This document shows, piece by piece, positions 51,641 to 61,144 of a stretch of DNA of 64,000 nucleotides. Below the pieces are notes generated by a model, which did no database searches, was not told where the DNA came from, and saw nothing but the letters and a program-made list of their open reading frames with translations. Each line of letters opens with the position of its first letter. Within the stretch, counting starts at the first letter, position 1. The stretch comes from an uncultured Pelagibacteraceae bacterium (GTDB taxonomy: Bacteria; Pseudomonadota; Alphaproteobacteria; Pelagibacterales; Pelagibacteraceae), in assembly GCA_902588975.1 (NCBI GenBank), contig CACIRJ010000001.1:85594-149593 (forward strand), read 5' to 3'. The position numbers and the translations under genes were made by a program.

Positions 51641-51892
51641 TTATAAATAATTAGATTTTATTTTGTTTCTAAGTTTATAGTTTTTTTTAAGTTTGTATTC
51701 CTCACTCATGGCCCTAGATTTTGAATCATAACTCATACTATAAGCCAATATCCATTTTCTACCTCTAGTAAATTTTGCTCCTTTCGAAGCATTATGTTTT
51801 GCCAATCTTTTCTTTAAATTGTTAGTATAGCCAACGTAGCTAAGATATTTCTGTTTATTTTTAGATATGATTAAATAAACAAAGTATTTCAT
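51641..51892 (-). CDS. GIY-YIG nuclease family protein (UPF0213-like)
   Basis: FVY...YVGYT..LKKRL..HN..KGAKFTRG, A..EE..LK. Confidence 0.88.
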   Translation of the reverse strand: MKYFVYLIISKNKQKYLSYVGYTNNLKKRLAKHNASKGAKFTRGRKWILAYSMSYDSKSRAMSEEYKLKKNYKLRNKIKSNYL

Positions 51893-51894
51893 TA

Positions 51895-51969
51895 TGGCGG
51901 TCCCTAGGGGAATCGAACCCCTCTTTCATGGATGAAAACCATGTGTCCTAACCGATAGACGAAGGGACC
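51895..51969 (-). tRNA. tRNA-Glu(TTC)
   Basis: GGTCCCT/AGGGACC acceptor, CATGG-TTTTCAT-CCATG anticodon arm, GTTCGATTC, CCA. Confidence 0.97.
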
Positions 51970-52004
51970 AGAGATGGAGTTTCTATTGCAATTATTAAAA
52001 ATAA

Positions 52005-52949
52005 TCAAGCTATAGGTTCCTCACTTTTTATAATTTCTATTGTAGATTCTTTGTGTGTGACAAGAGTTTCTGTAATAAATTTTTTATTTTCTTTTTTTAC
52101 AGCTCCAACCATCTCAGTGCTGGTAATTCCTGTCGCACAAAAAATACTATCCCCTTTTACTATTTCATTTAATTCATATTTCTTATTTAGATCAGATATT
52201 CCCATTTTTTTAGCCCTAACTTTGTCTTGATCAGTTGCAAATATAAATCTACCCTGAAATTTACATCCATAAGCATCCAAAGCTGCTGCAGAAATAACTC
52301 CCTCAGGACCTCCTCCAATACCTAAAAATAGGTCAACATTATACTTGTTATCAGTAACTAAGAGAGCCCCGCAAATATCACCATCTGAAATTAATTTTAA
52401 ATTTACTTTTAACGATTTTAATTCTTCAATAATCTCTTTATGTCTTGGCCTATCAAGAATGCATACTGTTAGTTCTTTGATATTTTTATTTTTGGCTTCT
52501 GCTATATTAGAAATATTTTTTTTTAGAGGATAATCTAAATCAGTAGCATCAAATGGAACATCTTTACCAACAGCAATTTTATTCATATACGTTTCTGGAG
52601 CATTAAATAAATTTCCTTTTTCTGAAATTGCTAAAACTGATATGGCTCCTGGAATATTTTTCGCAGCAAAATTTGTTCCTTCAAGAGGATCAACAGCTAT
52701 ATCAATACTCGGTCCATTACCATTTCCTAGTCTTTCTCCTATATATAACATTGGTGCTTCATCAAGTTCACCCTCACCTATCACGACTTTTCCGTTTATT
52801 TCTAGATTATTTAAATCATTTCTCATTGAGTCTGTTGCCGCCTTATCAGCTATTTTTTTATTTCCTTTGCCTAGAAATTGATAACAATTAATTGCAGCTC
52901 TGGAGGTAACTTTTACAAGTTTATTAATCAGATCTTTATCTAAAGACAT
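52005..52949 (-). CDS. glpX: Class II fructose-1,6-bisphosphatase
   Basis: VIGEGELDEAPML, AVDPLEGT, LDRPRH, GGGPEGV, ATGIT. Confidence 0.95.
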   Translation of the reverse strand: MSLDKDLINKLVKVTSRAAINCYQFLGKGNKKIADKAATDSMRNDLNNLEINGKVVIGEGELDEAPMLYIGERLGNGNGPSIDIAVDPLEGTNFAAKNIPGAISVLAISEKGNLFNAPETYMNKIAVGKDVPFDATDLDYPLKKNISNIAEAKNKNIKELTVCILDRPRHKEIIEELKSLKVNLKLISDGDICGALLVTDNKYNVDLFLGIGGGPEGVISAAALDAYGCKFQGRFIFATDQDKVRAKKMGISDLNKKYELNEIVKGDSIFCATGITSTEMVGAVKKENKKFITETLVTHKESTIEIIKSEEPIA

Positions 52950-53947
52950 TAAATATTTTCAACAGTGGATTCTTCTGAATTATATTTCAATCTTGCTTCA
53001 AATTCACTTAATCTTTTCCAAACTGAAATCAATTCTACTATTGTAGACCAGCTTCTAACTAAATATTGTAATGAATTTTCAACTCTTCCAAATGCTCTAG
53101 TTATTTGTTGAACGAAACCTAATGTAATTGCACCTGATACTATAGTTGGTGCAAGTGCTAAATATGGAACTATAACCATTCCCTGGAAATAACTCCATTT
53201 CACAGCATTAAAATATAAGTAGTGAAAATATGATTTATAGTGAATACCTCTTACTCTATCATATAATTGACCTATAGTTGGTGGAGCTGCCCTTATAGGA
53301 TCATCTTCTCCATGAACTAATTCTTTTCTATAACCAGCTTCTTCTTTTTGAATATCATATTCAATACCAGGCAATTTTATACCTACAGCTGCTAATAAAA
53401 CTGTTCCACCAAGTGCAGATATTATCGCAACCCAAACTAAAGCATGATCGACCTCGCCAATCCATGGAAGTACATCGACTTGCTTAGATAGTCCCCATAA
53501 AATTGGCAGGAAGGCTACTAGAGTCATTATACTATCTAAAAGCCCAACACCGAGACCTTCCATTATTCTTGCAAATTTTAAAGTGTCTTCTTGAACTCTC
53601 TGTGAAGCTCCTTCTGTTAAACGAGCTTTTAGCCATTGAGAGTGATAATATTCGGCCATTGAAGTTCTCCACCTAAAAACCCAATGAGATACAAAAAATC
53701 CAGTTACAATTGCAATTATAATCCAAAGTCCTGCAACTTTTGCAAATGTAAACAAATATCCAATAAATTCAGTTTCTGTAACTGAACCTGGTTCTGTTAA
53801 AGCTTTTTGAAGAGTATCATAAAATTCACCAAACCATTCATTGATTTTTACATCTAATTGAACTTGATACCAAGTTGAAACTAATATGAAGATTGATCCA
53901 AATATACTCCAACCGTACCATCTTCTTTCTGTAAAAAATTTAAACAT
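52949..53947 (-). CDS. SbmA/BacA-family peptide transporter
   Basis: IN.W..FYD.LQ, FRWRT.M, EGASQRVQEDT, EA.YRKELV, ELIS..KRL. Confidence 0.85.
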   Translation of the reverse strand: MFKFFTERRWYGWSIFGSIFILVSTWYQVQLDVKINEWFGEFYDTLQKALTEPGSVTETEFIGYLFTFAKVAGLWIIIAIVTGFFVSHWVFRWRTSMAEYYHSQWLKARLTEGASQRVQEDTLKFARIMEGLGVGLLDSIMTLVAFLPILWGLSKQVDVLPWIGEVDHALVWVAIISALGGTVLLAAVGIKLPGIEYDIQKEEAGYRKELVHGEDDPIRAAPPTIGQLYDRVRGIHYKSYFHYLYFNAVKWSYFQGMVIVPYLALAPTIVSGAITLGFVQQITRAFGRVENSLQYLVRSWSTIVELISVWKRLSEFEARLKYNSEESTVENI

Positions 53948-54228
53948 TATTTTGTAAAATTATCAGCGTAAGACTTTAAAGTAATTTTTCTTTTGTTAGG
54001 CTCAATTATTTCAAAATTAATATTATTTTTTTTTGCGTACTCAATTGCTAATTCTTTCGTGGAAAATTCTAATTTTAATTCACCATAAGTATCTGTGGAA
54101 CTCTCCCACCCCATTAAAGGATTGGTACCAGGATCATCTGTAATATATTCAATAATCCATTTATCAAATTTCTTTAATCCTGACTGCATGGCAGTTTTAG
54201 ATGGTTTATAAATTTTTGCTTTTTTCAT
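53947..54228 (-). CDS. ETC complex I subunit (NDUFS4-like)
   Basis: IYKP.KTAMQSG, NPLMGW.SS.D, YA.NF; true ATG at 54228 because the longer ORF overlaps tRNA-Pro. Confidence 0.9.
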   Translation of the reverse strand: MKKAKIYKPSKTAMQSGLKKFDKWIIEYITDDPGTNPLMGWESSTDTYGELKLEFSTKELAIEYAKKNNINFEIIEPNKRKITLKSYADNFTK

Positions 54229-54232
54229 AAAA

Positions 54233-54309
54233 TGGTCGGGGTGGTAGGATTTGAACCTACGGCCCCTTGGTCCCAAACCAAGTGCGCTACCAGGCTGCGC
54301 TACACCCCG
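54233..54309 (-). tRNA. tRNA-Pro(TGG)
   Basis: CGGGGTG/CACCCCG acceptor, CTTGG-TTTGGGA-CCAAG anticodon arm, GTTCAAATC, CCA. Confidence 0.97.
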
Positions 54310-54404
54310 AATGCAGTACTAATACAGTAGATAAAAAAAATTTCAAAGTATATTAATCACTATTTAAAAGGAAATTTTATAAAAATTGCTATATATAAGT
54401 ATCT

Positions 54405-54887
54405 ATGATCATTGAATGTCAAGCTTGTTCTAAGAAGTTCAATATTGATGAAAAATTAATTCCAGATGAAGGCAGGCTTTTAAAGTGCGGCAATTGCGAT
54501 CATACATGGTTTTATAAAAAGGAAGAAAATTTAAAATTAGAAACTGAGTCTATAAAAATAAATGAAATTGAAGAAAATAAATCAGAGATCAATATAGAAC
54601 CAGTTGATGTACCTATAAAAGAAACAAAAAAAATAAGAAAAAAATCTTCAACAAAAGAGAGTACATCAAAAGAATTAGTGTCTATTGATAAAAGTTCAGT
54701 TTCAAAAGAAAACAATATTATTAAAAAAATATTTCTAATAATTATTTCAATTATTGCCTTTATTTTGCTTATAGATACATTTAAAAATCAAATATCCGTT
54801 ATATTTCCTGGCATAGTTCAAATGTCAGATAGTTTGTATCAAGTAATAAATGACTTGAAATTATTTATTAAAGATTTAGTCAGGTAA
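54405..54887 (+). CDS. MJ0042-family zinc-ribbon membrane protein
   Basis: C..C..KF.I......GR.LKC..C.H.W N-terminus, charged linker, one TM. Confidence 0.8.
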   Translation: MIIECQACSKKFNIDEKLIPDEGRLLKCGNCDHTWFYKKEENLKLETESIKINEIEENKSEINIEPVDVPIKETKKIRKKSSTKESTSKELVSIDKSSVSKENNIIKKIFLIIISIIAFILLIDTFKNQISVIFPGIVQMSDSLYQVINDLKLFIKDLVR

Positions 54888-54889
54888 AA

Positions 54890-56062
54890 ATGATTCAGAT
54901 AATTACAAAACCATTTAGATGGTTTTTCAAATTAGAGGCTGCTAGTGGTCTCGTTTTACTTTTTGCAGCCATAATAGCTTTGATTGTAAGTAATTCTAAT
55001 TTATCTGAATTATATTTTTCTACATTGAATAAATATTTATTTTTAGGAATAAATAATTTTGGATTAAAATTATCAGTTTTACATTGGATAAATGATGCTT
55101 TAATGGCGATATTTTTTTTCTTTGTAACATTAGAAATTAAAAGAGAATTTTTACAAGGTGAACTTTCAAATATAAAACAAGCGCTCCTTCCAATTATTGC
55201 TGCAGTTGGAGGAATGTTAGTACCGGCATTATTTTATGTTTTTATTAATTTTGGAGACAGTGAAACAATGAATGGTTGGGCTATTCCATCTGCAACTGAT
55301 ATTGCATTTTCTTTAGGAGTACTTTCATTATTGGGTAAAAGAGTTCCATTATCATTAAAAGTTTTTTTAACTGCTTTAGCTATTATAGATGACCTAGGGG
55401 CTATAGTTATTATTGCATTATTCTACTCAGGTGACTTGAGTATTAAATATTTAAGCTTAATGCTTTTAGCGTTTATTGTTCTTCTAGTAATAAATAAATT
55501 CAATATAAAGAAATTCTTACCTTATTTAATTGTTGGAATTTTTCTTTGGGACTTTACTCACAATTCTGGAATTCATGCAACAATTGCTGGAGTTTTGCTT
55601 GCAATGACTATACCTCATAGAAAAAAAGATAAAGATTTTTCACTACTAATAAAAATTGAACATGCAATAAGTCCTTACGTTGCTTTTGGTATTATGCCAT
55701 TATTTGCTTTTGCAAATGCTGGAGTTTCATTAGAAGGTTTATCTTTTGCATCTTTACTTGATAAAGTTCCATTGGGAATATTGTTAGGATTGTTTGTTGG
55801 TAAACAATTAGGAGTATTTGTATTTTCTTATGTTTCAATAAAAATGAAAATAGCCCAGATGCCTAATAATTCTAACTGGTTTAACTTTTATGGCGTTGGT
55901 GTTTTAACGGGTATTGGTTTTACAATGAGCTTATTTGTAGGGAATTTAGCTTTTGTTGAAAATATGCAATACATGGATGGTGTTAAAATAGGAGTTTTAA
56001 CTGGGTCATTATTATCCACTTTATTTGGGTACTTCTTAATACTACTTACACCAAATAAGTAA
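54890..56062 (+). CDS. nhaA: Na+/H+ antiporter NhaA
   Basis: WINDALM, EIKRE, ATDIAF, LAIIDD, GIGFTMSLF. Confidence 0.96.
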   Translation: MIQIITKPFRWFFKLEAASGLVLLFAAIIALIVSNSNLSELYFSTLNKYLFLGINNFGLKLSVLHWINDALMAIFFFFVTLEIKREFLQGELSNIKQALLPIIAAVGGMLVPALFYVFINFGDSETMNGWAIPSATDIAFSLGVLSLLGKRVPLSLKVFLTALAIIDDLGAIVIIALFYSGDLSIKYLSLMLLAFIVLLVINKFNIKKFLPYLIVGIFLWDFTHNSGIHATIAGVLLAMTIPHRKKDKDFSLLIKIEHAISPYVAFGIMPLFAFANAGVSLEGLSFASLLDKVPLGILLGLFVGKQLGVFVFSYVSIKMKIAQMPNNSNWFNFYGVGVLTGIGFTMSLFVGNLAFVENMQYMDGVKIGVLTGSLLSTLFGYFLILLTPNK

Positions 56063-56069
56063 GTAGTTT

Positions 56070-56612
56070 ATGAAAAAATTAATAATAAGTTTAACAATAA
56101 TAATGTTTTTTTTTAAAAATTCAGCAATGAGCAATAATGAGAAAAGTTTTTATGATCTAGAGATAGAGAGTATTAATGGAGAAATCATTAAATTAAAAGA
56201 TTATCGAGATAAAGTTATACTTATAGTAAATACTGCTAGCTATTGTGGTTTCACAAAACAATATGAGGATCTGCAAGAATTATGGGATAAATACAAATCT
56301 AAGGGTCTAATTGTTCTTGGTGTGCCCTCAGACACCTTCAATCAAGAAAAAAAAACCAATAGTGAAGTAAAAGAATTTTGTGAAGTAAATTTTGACATAA
56401 ATTTTCCATTAACAACTATTACAGATGTAAAAGGTAAAGATGCTCACGAGATTTTTAAGTGGGCAGAAAATAATTTCGGCAAGTCTGCAATTCCTAAATG
56501 GAATTTTCATAAAATATTAATCAATAAACAGGGAAATGTAGAGGAAACATATGTTTCTTTTACAAAACCTACATCGAATAAAATTATAAATAAAATTGAA
56601 GAAATACTATAG
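56070..56612 (+). CDS. Glutathione peroxidase family protein (Cys type, signal peptide)
   Basis: VNTASYCGFT.QY, F.QE, KWNF.K. Confidence 0.92.
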   Translation: MKKLIISLTIIMFFFKNSAMSNNEKSFYDLEIESINGEIIKLKDYRDKVILIVNTASYCGFTKQYEDLQELWDKYKSKGLIVLGVPSDTFNQEKKTNSEVKEFCEVNFDINFPLTTITDVKGKDAHEIFKWAENNFGKSAIPKWNFHKILINKQGNVEETYVSFTKPTSNKIINKIEEIL

Positions 56613-57383
56613 TTTTATAGTTAAACCATCATGTGCAGGTATGACGTTTTTTGGTATAACTTTCTTTAACTGGTTATAATCTAAGACTGGTGATAAATTT
56701 GAAAGAATAGCCTTATTTGGTTTAAATTTTTTGATGAAGTATAAAGATTTTTCTAAATTGAAATGTGACGGATGAAAATTGTACCACAGACAATCAATTA
56801 TTAAATACTTTAGATTTTTAAAATATAAGAAATCCTTTTTATAAATATCACTTACATCAGTAATGTAAGCGAGTTTTTTATCAATTATAAAACAATTAGA
56901 ATTAACTGTACCATGCTTAACGACAATTGATTTAAATCTTACATTTTTGTTTTTATGTTTAATAAATGAATTTTTCTTTAATTTATTTAATTTTAAAGTT
57001 GCAGGATATTCTTTTGAATAATTATTAAAACAATATGAAAAACTTTGTTTTAAATATTTTGAAGTAGCTTTATCTGCGTAAACATTAACTTGTTTTCTCC
57101 TATTTATAAAAAAAGATCTTAAGTCATTTATACCATGTGTTTGATCAGCATGCATATGTGAATAAAATACTTTATCAATTTTCTTAATTTTATGACTTAA
57201 TAATTGTTGCCTTAGGTCAGGAGATGTATCAATTAAAATATTTTCATCAGTTGTTTTAATAAGTGCTGAGCATCTTGTTCTATAATTTTTCTTATTTTTT
57301 GGATCACAATTTCCAAAAAATCCATCAGGTCTTGGCACACCCATGGAGCTTCCACAACCTAATATTATAAATTTTATACTCAT
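56607..57383 (-). CDS. MBL-fold metallo-hydrolase (PhnP-like)
   Basis: LGCGSS.GVP, DTSPDLRQQ, HMHADQTHG. Confidence 0.88.
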   Translation of the reverse strand: MSIKFIILGCGSSMGVPRPDGFFGNCDPKNKKNYRTRCSALIKTTDENILIDTSPDLRQQLLSHKIKKIDKVFYSHMHADQTHGINDLRSFFINRRKQVNVYADKATSKYLKQSFSYCFNNYSKEYPATLKLNKLKKNSFIKHKNKNVRFKSIVVKHGTVNSNCFIIDKKLAYITDVSDIYKKDFLYFKNLKYLIIDCLWYNFHPSHFNLEKSLYFIKKFKPNKAILSNLSPVLDYNQLKKVIPKNVIPAHDGLTIKL

Positions 57384-58144
57384 TATTGAAAAAATAATCT
57401 TTCAAAATTATTATTTGTAATATCTTCTAATTCATCAAAATTTATTGATTTTAATTCTGAAAGTTTTTCTAATGTATATTTAATAAAAGAAGGTTCATTT
57501 TTTTTACCTCTCATTGGTATAGGAGCTAAAAAAGGGCTATCTGTTTCAATTAAAATTTTGTCATTTTCAATCATTTTAAATGTTTCTTGTAGATCAGTAC
57601 TATTTTTGAAAGTTATTATTCCACTAGCAGAAAAATACGCATTTAATGTCATCATTTTTTTTGCAAACTCTTTTGAACCTGTAAAACAATGCATAAGTAT
57701 TTTAATATCACTATTTTTATATCTATTTAAAATATCAAAAGTTTCTGTTTCGGCACTTCTAGAATGAACTATTAAAGGATAATTTAGTTCAATGGAGGCC
57801 TCTATATGTGTCTCAAAACTTTTAATTTGATCATCTTTATGACTATTTTCATAATAAAAATCTAATCCTGTCTCTCCTACTCCAATTATTTTTTTAAATT
57901 TAATAGCATTTTCAATAATGAATTTTTTATCCATCTTATCAATGCTTGACTCATGAGGATGAATTCCTACACTTCCATAAATTATTTCATCAAGATTTAT
58001 TATTTTTTTAATATTTTCAAAACTTTTTGAATTGGTTGAAATAGTTAGAATTTTCTTTAATCCATTTTCCTTAGAACGTTTGATAACATCACTAATATTC
58101 GAATAAAGGGGTTCGTGATCAAGATGACAATGTGAGTCTATCAT
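57383..58144 (-). CDS. tatD: TatD family hydrolase
   Basis: DSHCHL, GIHPH, GETGLD, HCF, ETDSPFLAP. Confidence 0.94.
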   Translation of the reverse strand: MIDSHCHLDHEPLYSNISDVIKRSKENGLKKILTISTNSKSFENIKKIINLDEIIYGSVGIHPHESSIDKMDKKFIIENAIKFKKIIGVGETGLDFYYENSHKDDQIKSFETHIEASIELNYPLIVHSRSAETETFDILNRYKNSDIKILMHCFTGSKEFAKKMMTLNAYFSASGIITFKNSTDLQETFKMIENDKILIETDSPFLAPIPMRGKKNEPSFIKYTLEKLSELKSINFDELEDITNNNFERLFFQ

Positions 58145-59667
58145 TTTTCAATTTTTTTAAACAAAATATCTAATTTATTTATTTTTAAATCTTTTTCTAA
58201 AATTTCATTATTATCAATTGATGTAAAATCAATAGAATTTTCTGTTTCATCAAAAACATTTAGCACTTTTAATGATGTTTCTGGCATTACTGGATAAAGT
58301 AAAATAGTAATTTTTCTAATTAATTCTAATGCAGTATAAACAATCGTATTTAACCTTAATCTATCATCTTTCTTCTTCCAAGGTTCCTGATCATTAAAAT
58401 ATTTATTTGCCGCAAACAATCTATCAACAATAAAACTCATATATTGGTTAATGTCTTGATTATCTATAAATGATCTTATTTTATCTAGATTATTTAATGG
58501 TTTTAAAATTTCTAAATCTTCATCATTAAATTTATGATCAGGTATTAGAGATGAACAATTTTTTTCTGCAAAGGAAAGTACTCTTTGACAGAGATTTCCA
58601 AAATTATTTGCTAAATCACTATTAATACAATTTTCTAGTTTTTCCTCTGAAATATTTCCATCATTACCGAAAGAAACTTCTTTTAGTAAATAATATCTTA
58701 ATGGATCTAGACCATAAATATTTATTATTTCTAATGGGTCTAAAATATTTCCTTTTGATTTTGACATTTTTTCATCACCAGAGAGTATCCATCCATGTCC
58801 ATAAACTCTTTTGGGAGGTTCTATTTTTGCAGCCAATAAGAATGCTGGCCAATAAATGGCATGAAATCTCAATATGTCTTTACCAATAATATGTAAATCT
58901 GCTGGCCAAAAATTTTTATATAATTCATTATTTTCATCAGGATATTTTAAAGAGCTTAAATAATTTGTTAATGCATCTAACCATACATATACAACATGAT
59001 TTTCATCACTTGGTACTTTTACACCCCAAGAAAAAGTTTTTCTGCTAACAGATAAATCTTTCAAGCCACTTTTGACAAAGCTTATTACCTCGTTTCTTCT
59101 ACTCTCAGGTAAAATAAAATTTTTATTTTTTTTATAAAAATCTAATAACGGTTTTTCCCATTCTGAAAGTTTAAAAAAAAAAGATTCTTCTTCAACCCAC
59201 TCAACAGCTGAACCAGATGATTTAGCAATTTTTAAACCATCTTTTTCCTCAACTTCATCTTCATTATAAAAAGCTTCATCTGATACAGAATACCAACCAG
59301 AATATTTAGACAAAAAAATTTGCTTATTTTTTTCAAGTATATTCCATAAATTTTGCACAGATATTTTATGTCTATCTTCTGTGGTTCTTATAAAATCTGT
59401 ATTTGATAAGTTTAATGTTTTAGTTAAATCCTCAAATGTTTTACTTATTTCATCACAAAAAGATTTTGGATCCTTATTTAACTTTTCAGCAGATCTTTGT
59501 ATTTTTAAACCATGCTCATCTGTACCTGTTAAAAAATAAACATTGAAACCGTCCATTTTTTTAAAACGAGCAAAAAAATCAGCAATTATACTTGAATACG
59601 CATGTCCCATATGAGGCTTAGCAGATGGATAATAAATTGGTGTTGTTATATAATAATTTTTATTCAC
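58141..59667 (-). CDS. metG: Methionine--tRNA ligase
   Basis: YITTPIYY, HMGH, TGTDEHG, YVWLDAL, KMSKS. Confidence 0.97.
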   Translation of the reverse strand: MNKNYYITTPIYYPSAKPHMGHAYSSIIADFFARFKKMDGFNVYFLTGTDEHGLKIQRSAEKLNKDPKSFCDEISKTFEDLTKTLNLSNTDFIRTTEDRHKISVQNLWNILEKNKQIFLSKYSGWYSVSDEAFYNEDEVEEKDGLKIAKSSGSAVEWVEEESFFFKLSEWEKPLLDFYKKNKNFILPESRRNEVISFVKSGLKDLSVSRKTFSWGVKVPSDENHVVYVWLDALTNYLSSLKYPDENNELYKNFWPADLHIIGKDILRFHAIYWPAFLLAAKIEPPKRVYGHGWILSGDEKMSKSKGNILDPLEIINIYGLDPLRYYLLKEVSFGNDGNISEEKLENCINSDLANNFGNLCQRVLSFAEKNCSSLIPDHKFNDEDLEILKPLNNLDKIRSFIDNQDINQYMSFIVDRLFAANKYFNDQEPWKKKDDRLRLNTIVYTALELIRKITILLYPVMPETSLKVLNVFDETENSIDFTSIDNNEILEKDLKINKLDILFKKIEK

Positions 59668-60529
59668 TTAGTAATTTATCCTTAAATTCTAAAAAAAAAG
59701 TTTCATAATCAAGATTAAATTTTTTTACATTAGACAATTTTGAATAATAATATTCTTTAGCTTTATATGAAAATTTTTTTGTTGTGTTTATATGTTTATA
59801 AAAAAATAATTCAATAATCATATTTAAATTATCTCTTATAAATTCTTGCTTTATATAGTGCTTATTATTAATTAAATTTACTAATAAATCATCAACTGTG
59901 GTTTCGGACACTGATAATTCATATTCATTCATATAGTTTACTAAGGATATTAAAAAAAAAGGTGTTGAGTAATAATTTATCAAATTCGAATTTATTTGAT
60001 CATAAATATTTTCATCAAAGTAATTATTGACAATTAATCTAGTATTTTCTTTAGATAAACTTAATTTAAATTCTATACATCGAGATTTTATTGTATCTAT
60101 TAAAAACTTTTCTGAATTATAAATTAAAATAAAAAAAACATTTTCATTTGGTTCTTCTAAATTTTTCAATAAAGCATTTGATGAATTAATATTTAAAAAT
60201 TCGACGTCGTCGAGGATTATAAATCTTGATTTATTATTAAAGGAGGATTGATTTGTAAACTTTATGATTTCTCTAATTTGATCAATTTCTATATTTTTTT
60301 TATCATTATTTTTTTTTATATTTAAAACATTGGGATGGGATTTGTTTTTTATTAGTTCATTATCGTTATTAGAAGTAAAAATTTTATATAAAAATTTTTC
60401 TGTAAGTAATGATTTTCCAATACCTTTCTTACCAGATAGTAAAATTTTATTTGGAAGTTCATTATTTTCGTAAAGTGTTACAAATTTTTCTAAATATGTT
60501 TCATGTCCTATTAATTTATATTCAGACAT
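59660..60529 (-). CDS. holB: DNA polymerase III subunit delta'
   Basis: GKKGIGKS, I.IDQIR, NALLKNLEEP, TIKSRC; tmk-holB-metG order. Confidence 0.88.
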   Translation of the reverse strand: MSEYKLIGHETYLEKFVTLYENNELPNKILLSGKKGIGKSLLTEKFLYKIFTSNNDNELIKNKSHPNVLNIKKNNDKKNIEIDQIREIIKFTNQSSFNNKSRFIILDDVEFLNINSSNALLKNLEEPNENVFFILIYNSEKFLIDTIKSRCIEFKLSLSKENTRLIVNNYFDENIYDQINSNLINYYSTPFFLISLVNYMNEYELSVSETTVDDLLVNLINNKHYIKQEFIRDNLNMIIELFFYKHINTTKKFSYKAKEYYYSKLSNVKKFNLDYETFFLEFKDKLLSE

Positions 60530-61144
60530 TTATATTAATTTCTCAAGTTTATTTATTATGATTTTTTTTACTTCGTTAATTGTATTTGTGTTTGAATTAA
60601 TTTTAATATATTTGCTCTTATTGCTTGATATTTTTTCATACCCGTTCTGAACTTTGTTATAAAATTTAAGTTTAAATTTATCATATCTATTTAAGTTAGA
60701 TCTATTTCTAAGCCTTTTTTGTAAATTTTTTGAATTTACAGTACTTAAAAAAACTATATCAGGATTAAATTTTCCAATTATGAACTTATTTAGCATTTTA
60801 ATTACCTTTAAATCAATTTTCATTCCATAATGTTGATACGCAATAGTAGAATCTGTAAAACGATCAATTAATATTATTTTTTTTTTATAATTTTTTTTAA
60901 TAATTTTCTCAAAATTTTCTGATCTTCCAGCATAAAATAGTAATAGATCGGTTTTATTATTTAAATTTAGTTTCTTATTTAAAATCAATTTTCTTATTTT
61001 TTCTGAAAAAATTGAACCACCAGGCTCTCTTAATTTTATAAAACTTTTTCTTCGCTTTTTTAAATAATTTGCAGCAATTTTAAAATTTGTAGTTTTTCCC
61101 GAGGCCTCAATGCCTTCAAATATAATAATTGGATATTTAGACAT
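60530..61144 (-). CDS. tmk: Thymidylate kinase
   Basis: FEGIEASGKTT, REPGG, DRF.DST.AYQ. Confidence 0.95.
   Translation of the reverse strand: MSKYPIIIFEGIEASGKTTNFKIAANYLKKRRKSFIKLREPGGSIFSEKIRKLILNKKLNLNNKTDLLLFYAGRSENFEKIIKKNYKKKIILIDRFTDSTIAYQHYGMKIDLKVIKMLNKFIIGKFNPDIVFLSTVNSKNLQKRLRNRSNLNRYDKFKLKFYNKVQNGYEKISSNKSKYIKINSNTNTINEVKKIIINKLEKLI

Noticed and set aside
48284-51969. Prophage or integrative element inserted at tRNA-Glu (recombinase + GIY-YIG nearby)
   Set aside because: No duplicated tRNA 3' end found by eye, the recombinase is ~1.3 kb from the tRNA, there are no phage or conjugation genes, and the GIY-YIG protein is the small chromosomal type
54229-54276. N-terminal extension MGPRGRRFKSYHPDHF of the complex I subunit ORF
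   Set aside because: Lies within tRNA-Pro; the true start is ATG at 54228
56070-56612. Selenocysteine recoding in glutathione peroxidase
   Set aside because: The active-site codon is TGT (Cys); no in-frame TGA
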